Shown here: in pieces, positions 46,304-56,637 of the stretch
Layout of the letters: each line of letters begins with the position of its first letter
How positions within the stretch are numbered: position 1 is the first letter of the stretch
DNA from: Schizochytrium sp. TIO01
Taxonomy: Eukaryota > Protista > Bigyra: Labyrinthulomycetes
Reading direction: 5' to 3'
DNA: 64,000 bases
NCBI GenBank assembly: GCA_004764695.1
Contig: SMSO01000025.1
Coordinates: 5,434,862-5,498,861, forward strand
Position numbers and translations under genes: made by a program
The notes under the pieces: generated by a model
What the model saw: the letters and a program-made list of their open reading frames with translations, nothing else
Database searches by the model: none
What the model was told of the DNA's origin: nothing

Positions 46304-47275
46304 TCTGCTGCCGAGGCAACTCCTCTGTGCTCCCTGTTATTCTGATCTTTGTTGTTGTAGATTTAGAGATGATTCCATGACGTCTTTCATTTCTCAAAAT
46401 CTGGAGAACGCAAATTGACGCATTTCTGAGTTGCCCATCTTCGCTTCTTCTAACAAGGTGGTAACATTTACCTAACTACCTTTCTTTGTAAGATAGTATT
46501 AGGTACCTACCTAACTAGGTAGCATTAAACAATGGACAAACTACCTATCGGGACATGAAGTAATGAATGACTCTGGGGATGGACCGATAAAACATCAATG
46601 TCACTAGCGACTCGGAGGCCAACATAGCTTTGGGTATCCTTGGTGAAAGGAATTAGTGGTGCCATCTGCTGGTTCAGGGATGATTAAGGGCAATAAAGCA
46701 GTCTGTAGTACCTCTCACAGGGGTTAGTCAATGTAATAGTTGCAGATGGGAATTTTCAAAGTTAAATACTTGGTCCCGAACTTTGCGATGAACGAAACAA
46801 ACTGCTTCGCAAAGAATGTTGATGTTCATTGGCCCCTTAACTCTGATCATGAGATACTAGTTCACAGGAATGTCTCAGGTTTGGCTCAAGAGTGAAGGCG
46901 TTGAATTTTTGGGAGCAAGCTATCAAGGGAACAATAATACGCCTGAGAAGGTTTGGGAAAATAAAGGTAAGCTGAGTTGGAGTCTCTAAGCAAGTTGCAA
47001 GCACACAAAAAAATGGGAGAGGAGGCATATGTACTATGAATGGCTAGCTAGTAGTTGCTGATGATGTTAGATTATGTAGTCTTGCTTGTATATCTGTTTA
47101 CGATAACCCTACATGAGGGCAGCATTTAAGCACGTGGTTGTCAAAGCGTTCGGACCTGTCGATAAAAGTACTTGGCATGGAGAAAGAGGAGAGATAAGCC
47201 TGAGTTTTAGGAAGAAAACTGACTTCCTCAGCCCAAAACTTAATACCCATTAGCTGTTCGTTTGATCTTTCGGAT

Positions 47276-48420
47276 TTAGCTGGCTTCAACGGCCTCGGAG
47301 TTGCCTTCGGCAGAAGTAGTTTTGGCGGCAGCACCGTTCTCAGAACCATTAAGAGTGCCGTTGGTGGTCTTCTTCTTCTTCTTCTTAGTGATGCCACCCT
47401 TGTATGTCTTAGCCTCTTCACTGTGAATTCGAAAGGAAACAAAATCGAGAAATGTTTGAGAGCACAGAAAATGTCAGTATTTTCCTTCTTTTTTGTTGTG
47501 TTGCTGATACTTGTAGAGGAGCTTCTGACTGATTGCACGAAAGTGGACAGCCTATGAAGTCTTGACTTCAAAATAAAGGAATTGAAAACTTACGTGGGCA
47601 CCCATGAAATGCGCTCGCCTGTAAAATTTTAATTGACACGACATCACCGACGGTAGCATTGCGAAGTTGGGTTCAACAAAGTCCAAAATATATATATATC
47701 CATAAAGACCCCAACGAAAGAACTCAAGCGTGTTAGTGGGCGTTAGTTGTATTTCTATGCAGATATCCTCAATCCGAACTCCCATTCCCTACCCGAACCT
47801 CAACTTACCGGTGTGAATGTTTTGATAGGCGACCTTACCCTGTTTTCCCCATGATTCGCTCAAGCAAGCACCCAGTTGTATGTCCAATTGATCAATTAAA
47901 AAATCATAAACGCAGCCCAGAGCTCCATCAAAAGTTAGTCTTTGTCCATGTTCAAACTAAACCTCACTATACAAACTTCACATGTTTGGCTCTACGAAAA
48001 CAATCAACTAAATGAAATCTGAAATGGGCATCCAAGCCTTCAATTCCCGGGTGGCCAAAGCTATTATGCCACTATGAACTGAGGACCCGTCAGACGGAAT
48101 TACTGCATGAACTGGAGCGAGCCTCAATAGTTCTTGAAGTGGATTAAGCAGGCAGATCCAACTGAAGCCCACCCCAAAGTGAAATAAAGGAAATGAAAGA
48201 TGAGCTAAGAAACCACTCAAGTCCACAGACGATCCAGCGAGGGCGAGGATCTTGATGGAAAGCGCTTGCAGGTTTCACGTACCGGTCGAGATCTTGAGGG
48301 AACGGCCTTCCAGCCGGCGGGGAGCTCCACGGGGGCGAGCGGTTCAGAGTCCTGAGTGGCGGAGTCGCCTCCGAGCGCCTCGTGGTGCTCAGACTCGTCG
48401 CGGCAGCAGAGGTTGCCCAT
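47276..48420 (-). CDS. 112-aa N-acylated WW-domain microprotein; 4 exons join(48420-48283, 47839-47809, 47618-47594, 47420-47276)
   Basis: Three canonical introns (GTACGT..CAG, GTAAGT..CAG, GTAAGT..CAG) join in frame. The product is MGNLCC...LPAGWKAVPSRSRPGKVAYQNIHTGERISWVPT...KKKKKK...VEAS*, with an intact WW domain rebuilt across exons. Confidence 0.88.
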
Positions 48421-49324
48421 GGTGCAGTGACTGGTGTAGGACGGTGACGACAAGAAGCGGTATAAACGGAGCGCGTCGACTGGCGGGCGCCGGAGCGGAC
48501 GATCGCAGACGGCCGCGGTTGAGTACTTGGTCTGTCTCCTCCTGAGTCTCTTCTTCTATCCTTGTCAATTATATTTTATTTTTTAATATTTTGTTTTAAC
48601 TATTTAATCAACTAACTCCTATATCCCATATCATCGTTATCATCACTTTCCGTCATTATCTCTTTCAAGAAAGGATATGAAACAGGGAACTAAAATGATC
48701 CATCGCCGCCACTACACTATACGCTATAGCGCGCTCCACATAGTCCACTATCCGCCGCTATAACCTACTGTGCGCCCCCTCCTACTATAGCCTATCCCCC
48801 ATTCCCCACTATAGCCTATCGCCCATTCCCCATAGTAAGCTCAAGATCATAGATAGATAGATAGATAGATACGACGCCCTCTCTATGTACTGTACCTCCA
48901 GAGTCCCTTCCTATACCCCACCTACTCGGCCATATCAAGCGATCGCAGTTTTCCTCCTCGTGCTTGTTCGTGCGATGCAGCTCCGCCCTGGGCAGGCACG
49001 AGCTGCCGAGGGGCCCTCCGGTTCCTGCGTGCGAGCTGGGCGTGGCCCGGCTGCTGGCAGGCAGGCAGGCAGGCAGGCAGGAGACGCTTAGGCGCCGCGA
49101 AGGGCGCGAGCTCGAGGCCGTGGACGATGCCCTCCTCGAGCGTTCTTCGCCCCGAACAAAAGAACTCTGCGGCTCAGGAGAAAGAGAACGGAACAAAGGA
49201 GGATGTTCTACGTAGGTGCCTAGCTAGCTACTCCTAGCTGCTGTAGGTAAAGCACTAGTCTAGGCGCTGGCTAAGCACCTGGCTAGCCGTTGTTCTTTAT
49301 GTGTTCCTTTTTAGATTGCTTTCT

Positions 49325-49334
49325 TTATTATTAC

Positions 49335-49375
<41 letters not shown>

Positions 49376-49383
49376 TTATTATT
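49325..49383 (+). repeat. (TTA)n microsatellite
   Basis: Near-perfect TTA run. Confidence 0.9.
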
Positions 49384-51990
49384 TTAAAATTGTATAAAAA
49401 CTAAAACAAGTAAACAATAAAAGAGAAAAAAAAATAGTGAAGTTCTTTAGGAAAGAAAACAAACAGAATAAGTTGGAATAGGATCCAGTACCTGAATCAC
49501 CTCAGCAGCAGATATCAGCTCTCTCCAACAGAGCGCCTCAAGCCGCAGCATAGGCGCGGTGATGGATACAGAGCTCGCTGAGCAGGGCACCGCTTTCCTC
49601 AGCAGCGTATTCAGACTTGGAGCAGAGGATGAGGCGATCGGCGCTTGCTTCGAGCCACGCCCCGTCTGAGCTTCAGAGCCTACCCCCCCCCAGCTATGAC
49701 GCCTACCATCTCCTGGCGGGCCTCCTCTCTATATATTGAAGGCTTCGGGTACCCCCACATAGGACACAGTATATGCTTCCAGTCGAATAAGGAGACCGCA
49801 ACCCAATATGGACCCACGGCTTGCTATCTTAAGAACTGCAGGACGTACGTATGTCTCTCTTTTGTACTTCACTTTTCCCTGAGGCTATCTATATAAGAAG
49901 TACCTATTGCGATGGTATGTAATTCTGCGTTGTCGTTTCCTTTTGGACATGGATACCTAAGCTAGGTACCTGAAGAAGAAGGAGGACCGTTGCGGTTGCT
50001 GGCGAAGAGCCGAGAGAGACGCGTGGATGTGAGTCCAGCCGTCCGAAGCGCCGCAGTTCTGGTGGACGATGATGGATTCCTATCGCTTGGGTTCTATCTA
50101 ACATTTATTATAATTTTTTATTTTTATTTTTTTTTCCCAATTCTCATTTTAATTGTTTGTTATTATAATTTGATAGAACTTATAAGTAAATCATTAATTG
50201 ATTGTCAGACACCTTTTACTACTAATCTCTCTTCTTTTTCTCTTCGGAATGAAAGATACGAAGTCCCCTCTTTAGTATGGGTTCGTGCGTCTGAGACTCA
50301 CCAAAAAACACTAAGCGAAAAGGTAGGAGCGGGCCTAGTAGAGAGGGAAAGAACGGCTCTTAGGGCTGGCTACAAGCGAAGTCAAAGAACGCGGCGCAGG
50401 GAAAGAACGGCCCGACCGCTCGAGATTGTAATAGTCGTAATGCCAAGCCAAGCCAAGGTGCGTCTCAGTAGCCTGCTATGTTAGTACTACCCAGCATTTA
50501 GGTACTAGGCACCTGGAGAGGGACTATGAGAAAACTAATGCGCGGTTCTTTACTTCGTTGAAGACCTGTCGAAGTCGTAGTACGTGGGGGACTCGAAGAT
50601 ACCTGGTGAGGGTGACACAGAGGTCGAGAGCAAATTGAAAATCGTGAAGTTGTGAAGTCGACAGAGCGATGGCAGCATATACTGTGGAAATGGTGGCGAG
50701 GAAGTAGCTGGAATCCACGTGCAATGTCAACTTGGAGCTACGAACCTACCTACACCAAAGCCTTGGTGGGAACCCACATGTGGACATGAAGAGCAGGACG
50801 AATGTGGGCAGCAAAGACATGCTTTTGAGTAAGTGAGTCTAACCTCACAAGTAATGAGTGAGTGGCGTGCTGACGCTTGACTTCACCGTGTAGGATTTCC
50901 AAGGCCAAGCAATTGCACTGCTGACTGCAGAGTTTGATGATACTGTGGGTGAACGCTGTACCTGCTTGTAGTAGATCGGATTTCTAGAAATGGCGTTAGC
51001 ATCATAAGATATCTGGGCGGTAGCTACCAAGTTAGCTAAGGCTCAATGGCGTCATGACTTTTACTTACAATTAATTACTTTGTTCACTGAGTACATGCGG
51101 TTGCAAGCTTGGCGGCGAGATTCCTTGCAGCAAATCTCCGCGTCAGCAGTGGAGTCAACCAGGGGCTAGTTCGATTACAAAATGCAAGAATCTTGACAAG
51201 AACTACACCTTTGGATGAGTGGTATCTCACAGCCTACTACGGATGATTGACTTTCACCATCAGACAGATATAGCGGACCTGTGATTTTACCACTTCAGAT
51301 AGTACTTATTTGCTAATCTGCCAACTTGGTGAGAACAGAGGAATGTGTTACTACAGAAGAAATATTGTTAATGAGATTTTATTGATCGCACCGGCTAATT
51401 CTCTAGATTACAAACAATAAGCTTGCATATGTAATCCCGGCAGATACAAGGAGGAGCCGTGAACAAGAATAGTATTTTATATAGGTCCTCAAGTTTAATC
51501 TAGCCAAAGTTTTAAAAAGTCAAGTATCACATTTGATCCAACTGATTTTGATTAGTGAGGGCACACCACGACTCATGTCAAGTAAAGACATCAAAGCAAT
51601 CATACATTACGGTCAGGAAACGAATAAAGTGATTTTTCTTTTAGCCACACACACACCAGCATCATGTACCATGGACTTTTGTCATCATGTTGTGCAAGAT
51701 CAAGGCTGCATCACGATGTAAAGCAGGGATAGTCATGAACTCAGGATAATATTGAACTAAAAATTGATACCAGATAGAACTTATTAAAAGTACACAAGCT
51801 ATTTATGTTAGCACGGGAGAGCTGAGTGCTTTAGAAATATGAAAGAGAAGAATACAAGAAGAGGGTGTGTGTGTGTGTGTGTTTAAGGTATGATCGAAAA
51901 GAAAACAAAATGATGCAATGGGCCACCACTCGCCACTCTTCAGCATGTTTGCTTCTTGTGTGCTTGCGCCACTGAGACTCATAACCGAAA

Positions 51991-54453
51991 TTACGATAAA
52001 GAAGCAAAGATATGAAAAAGGCGGGCCGCAAGAAATGCATTGTACGTAGGTTGGTTTGGTGGTTGTTTGTCAGGGTGCGTCTGGCGTAACACTTGCCTCA
52101 CAAGCTTACGTTGAAGTGAAGTAGAACTGTGTAGTGCTTGTTTCTGCGCAACAGAGAAATCTGTGAAGCGCTCCAGAGGGGATGCAATGTCCCGCAAATT
52201 AATAAGCATAGCAGGGAGGTTGTGGTTGTTCTGAGACCACTTCTGCACAACCGCTTCCACATCCTGCTGCGCTTGACGCTCCTCAGGAGATGTTGCTGGA
52301 GGACGATACCGTGTCTGGCCAGTATGTTTGTTGACCCAAAATGGCACCCCGTCGTCGGTCTCACTACGCGCCCACTCAGACTCTGTCCTGGCTGCGCCTC
52401 CAGGAGCAGCTGGAGTGGAGTCGTCAGCAAAAGTAACGCGCTTTTTACGACGAGGCAAGGGAGGAGCACTTCGTGAGGGGACGGGAGGCGGCGAGGAGCG
52501 CCGTTCTTGAGCCGCTTGCATCTGACGAATTTGTTCCTCGCGTTGCTCAAAAACGAGCATTGATTGCTCAGAATAAACTGAATCGCGGTCACGATCTCGC
52601 ACGAACTCTGCAAACGAAGGTTGTTCTGGATCCATTCCATCTTCGTTATGTGTGAGGACATCCCGTTCAAGTGCATTATAAAGCGCCTGGGCGTCGAGAT
52701 TGAGCAGATTAGCTTTGAGGCGCTCCCAGCGTGCGCGACGACGAGCTGCAAGCATAATTTGATCTTGTGCATATCGTTCGGCAGCGGAAGCCAACAGAGC
52801 AGCTCGAACATGATTGACGCAGAACCACTCGGCAGCCAAGCGCTCAGGTGGTGTGACGCCATGCTGGTGCTCGTCTTCCTGACGAGCTGCCACGCTTGAA
52901 TTGTACAGGAATCCCACCAAATGGGACATGCGTGGAAAAATGTGTTTCGAAAAAAGTCGCAGCGTCTCTTCAAGGTTATGGCTGGCCTCTAACAAAGATA
53001 CGGCAGCTTGTGCTTCATCCGCCCTTCGTCTTTTTAGCGCCACACCCAAGTAATTTAGAGGATCAAGTCTCATTGGAGCATATTTGGCATTGTGCTGCTC
53101 GACCTTTGAAAGTCTTAGCAAGGCAAGTCCAAGTGCGGATTCTTCATCAACGCGGGCCTGTGTTCTTTCTTCAAGGTGCCGCAGAGAAATCTTACCCGTG
53201 TGATAACCTCGTTGAAGGCCAGGAAGTACTCCATTAATGGCTCCAAGCGCAACAGGACCCGAGCCAAACCTTCGCAGAACCATATCCACTTGAAGACGAG
53301 CTCGCGTTGCCACAATAGGATCTTCTGCAAAGGCAGCTGCTCCTGAAAGGCGGTCTCGTTTGTGTTTGGGTCTGAGCAGTGACATTGATCCCTGGCCATT
53401 GGTGTTGGAGTTTACCACAGAATGAGAGTCAACAGTGTCGATGTCGTCATCGTCGTCCATTTCGTCCATCTCGTCTCTACCGTCATGAACAGAGTCGAGC
53501 ATAAAGGTTTTCACGGGCATACTCATACCAATGATGCTATGCAACGATATGTATCGGAGCCAGACCTCGAGCTCGCGCATCCGTTGCAGAACGAATGCTC
53601 TGTCCTGTGAAGAGATTAGCGCGAAGGACCGTTTCGGAGGTAGTGGAGGGACAAGAATTAAATGCACGCGACTTGATTGGCCCACACGGTATTGGTAGAC
53701 CTTTGCAAGCACCTCGCGAAGACGATAGAATTCTGAGAAGCGCCTATTAACTTCGACTGGTGCCTCTACAGCGTCTGCCCAAAGCGAGCGGGCTTCTTTC
53801 TCAAGCCACGGTCTACCACTGAGGCTAGCTGCAAACCCGTACGAGATATACTCTCGGGGGTGAGCACCAGCCTCCACGAGTTGGTTCTCATCTTGAACGA
53901 CCTCGGTATCATGCAAAGCAAAAGGCCTTGAATGTCTTCCGCGCTCGTTTTCGTATGAAAGATATGCCTGGAAAGAACTGAGACCCCAAAAGTCTACATT
54001 AAACCAAGGTCGAGGGTTTTGAGGGGTGTATCTCTCAAGAGCTCCAGACCCGACCATACTCGAAGTGTGAGACGCTGGCGAATGGATTTCATGGTGTGGC
54101 AATTTTGCAGAATTCTGCATACCTGGAGCACCAGAAACTTCTGTAGATGTTAATGAAGATACCAATAAAGGAGAAGCCGAGCTCAAAGATAAAAAGCCGG
54201 GGTTGTGAAGATTTGTTGGATTCTGATTGACACCAAGATCTGTGGAGTTAGACGCGTTTAGAAAGGTTTGATGGTGTTCGTCCTCGAAGACCTCGCGAAC
54301 ATCGTCCAGCATGTCGTCAACAGTCTTGCCTGCAGCATAGGCTTCTCGCAGAGCAGCCTCAAGGCGACTGAAGAAGTAGGCCTCGCCAGGAGACACAGGT
54401 CTTCCATGGTGGCGGTCTGCCCACGAGCCGTCCTGCCGAGTCTCGAGAGACAT
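51991..54453 (-). CDS. Sorting-nexin-like protein: PX domain, probable BAR-like helices, WW domain and a C-terminal auxilin-type J domain
   Basis: PX: VNRRFSEFYRLR..L...PPLPPK...R..ELE.WL. WW: EWARSETDDGVPFWVNKHTGQTRYRPP. J domain: W....NL.AML..L...RQVLRQTHPDKQP......A..LF. First ATG at 54453. Confidence 0.8.
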   Translation of the reverse strand: MSLETRQDGSWADRHHGRPVSPGEAYFFSRLEAALREAYAAGKTVDDMLDDVREVFEDEHHQTFLNASNSTDLGVNQNPTNLHNPGFLSLSSASPLLVSSLTSTEVSGAPGMQNSAKLPHHEIHSPASHTSSMVGSGALERYTPQNPRPWFNVDFWGLSSFQAYLSYENERGRHSRPFALHDTEVVQDENQLVEAGAHPREYISYGFAASLSGRPWLEKEARSLWADAVEAPVEVNRRFSEFYRLREVLAKVYQYRVGQSSRVHLILVPPLPPKRSFALISSQDRAFVLQRMRELEVWLRYISLHSIIGMSMPVKTFMLDSVHDGRDEMDEMDDDDDIDTVDSHSVVNSNTNGQGSMSLLRPKHKRDRLSGAAAFAEDPIVATRARLQVDMVLRRFGSGPVALGAINGVLPGLQRGYHTGKISLRHLEERTQARVDEESALGLALLRLSKVEQHNAKYAPMRLDPLNYLGVALKRRRADEAQAAVSLLEASHNLEETLRLFSKHIFPRMSHLVGFLYNSSVAARQEDEHQHGVTPPERLAAEWFCVNHVRAALLASAAERYAQDQIMLAARRRARWERLKANLLNLDAQALYNALERDVLTHNEDGMDPEQPSFAEFVRDRDRDSVYSEQSMLVFEQREEQIRQMQAAQERRSSPPPVPSRSAPPLPRRKKRVTFADDSTPAAPGGAARTESEWARSETDDGVPFWVNKHTGQTRYRPPATSPEERQAQQDVEAVVQKWSQNNHNLPAMLINLRDIASPLERFTDFSVAQKQALHSSTSLQRKLVRQVLRQTHPDKQPPNQPTYNAFLAARLFHIFASLS

Positions 54454-56637
54454 GTCTCCGGCGCCACAGTCCACGAGGCCAAAGTTGAAGCCACTGTCAA
54501 CGTCAAAGCCGCTAATCCCGACACCGACACCGACACCGACACCGGGCACGCGGCGAAGGCTAGGCCTCGCCAACGTTTGATCCTCCTCGGCGTCCGCCTG
54601 AGCTGCGGCGAGTCAGATTTTCGTGACACTACGTCGGCGGTAGAGGAGATGATTGAGGGATTGAAGTTGCTCGAGGGGTTGATTGTTCAAGGAATGAAGG
54701 GAGAATTGAAGGAAATTATTATTCCTATAGGAATAATCAACATAAAGAGTTTTACTTCTTCGCTTGCCTGCGTCAAAGAGGCGACACGATCGAGAAGGAA
54801 TTTACGCTCAAATTGGCAGGGGAAAACGTTGGGATTCCAGAGAGCAGTGGCTACAATTAGGCAATAAAAAAATATTCCTTACTTGAAAGAAACCTCAGTA
54901 TAAGCTACAAATTTGAAGCTCATTCTGGTTTGATTTTATGACAAGGCGAACTTAACAAGGAAAGACCGAAGAAAGATATTCTTCCTATTCCTACGTATCT
55001 CAATGCTCCTCTTAAGTGCTATCCTTCTTTCTTTTACCTTTTCATTTTTCATTTTTTATTCTTTTACTAGCAGTCGAAAGAGAAGTCTAAGATGAAGAGG
55101 TACAACCAATGACGACGACCTGTCTTTCTTTCTTTCTAGGGTTATAAAATGAAGAATTGAAAGGGCAGAAGGGAATCTGCCGAATCTGGGACTCACACGA
55201 CCAGAGGCAAAATACTACGAAGAGCCGAGCAGTGAGATCTACAGGAGCTTTACGACGAAGGAAGGCACATAAGCATTCGAAATCGTAAGAAGACAACGCT
55301 ATGAAAAGACCATTTTTGTTTAGTCTCATCGAAAGCTTAGTAGTTTCAAGAAGAGAAATAATTAGAGAAGAAAATACAAATGTCTGATCCTGGGAAGTCC
55401 TTAAAAATGTTGAGGATTAGGAAGTTGAAAGAAGCAATTGTGGCCAGTATACTAGTGATAGGGCAACAGTTTTCTCTTTTAACTAATAAGTCGCCAGCTC
55501 TGGCAAAATATACTTTACCTGAGTTTGTAAAGACTCATAATGTACATAAACTAACCAGAAAAGGAATGAACCCCGCAGAAGCACAATTACTAATGTTACA
55601 ATCAGGGTTTGTATAACAATAACAGTAGTATATTCACTTTTGACCTTCGTTTCCTACGCTGGGCTAACTCATGATCGTCTTTACTCTTTATCGATTGAGA
55701 ATTCGATCGCAAGTAGACCTATATTATCCGCTCTTCTGAATGGCAGTGAATTTTCTCTCTAGCAATCCATATTTGCTCACCTGCACGTCCATGAATAATG
55801 CTTCATTTTGGAATTCTATGAAATTCTCGATGTCCTTAAGCTTCTTTATATCATTTAGAATCTTGTTTCTGAATTTGTACTCATATCCTTTTCCACTATT
55901 CCACTTGCCTCCCGTTCCTCTACTCCTCCGGAGCAATCCCAACTATACTTAGATGAAACAAGCGTAGCTCCCATATATAGGACTTTTTATTTTAATTTTT
56001 GTATAAACTCACCACAGCTTGATTCTTAGACACCGCTGATCTGTATAATAATTGTAAATAGAGTTGGTGGGGATATAAATGAAGGGATCGTTAGTAGGAC
56101 TTATCATACGATCTTTTAATTCTGAAACCATCAAATATTTAGCACCAGGTAGGACGACTATTTGGCAGGTTTGAAGCTTTGCTTGGTTGTTCCTCTTGGT
56201 CGCCCGCATCATCTATCCCTTTCCAGCTCTCTTTTTTGGGCAGAATAACGTGAAAGCAGACTAGCTTCAAAGTGTCAAATTATCTATTAGGTCTTTCTCT
56301 TCGGAGCGCAGCCCTTGTCCTCTGCGTTTTTACTCAGGCCATTCGTAGCACTTGACATCCATTGCATCAGCGTCCAATTTTATCATTCGTTTCAAGTTCT
56401 TCATGAAGAACTAAATTTGTTCTCTCTGAAACTTTGTTCTCAACTTTGAAAGCAAGCTCAGCTTGTCAAGGTCAAGTTGTTCCGTGATCGTTCTGTTCTA
56501 GTGTTTGCTGTTCTGATGTGTTCCGTTCTCTTCGTTGACCATCGAGATCATCGTCATAGTTGTGGTTGTCGGAATAGATAGAGTAGTGGAGCAGCAAGCC
56601 AAAGCAGATTGCAAACGCTGGCTAGTTACTCGACGCG

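Noticed and set aside
52098-52973. 291-aa overlapping ORF in an alternative frame of the PX gene, and other antisense shadow ORFs
   Set aside because: Non-ATG start and no motifs; typical shadows of real coding sequence.
23372-54453. Functional cluster of endosomal genes (Rab21, WASHC4, PX protein)
   Set aside because: They are spread over 30 kb among unrelated genes, so chance co-location is sufficient without synteny evidence.
54900-56230. Short ORFs (55087-55329, 55380-55616, 55724-55942, 56009-56212) as viral or organellar insert genes
   Set aside because: No recognisable motifs, termini or RNA structure; consistent with AT-rich spacer between divergent genes.
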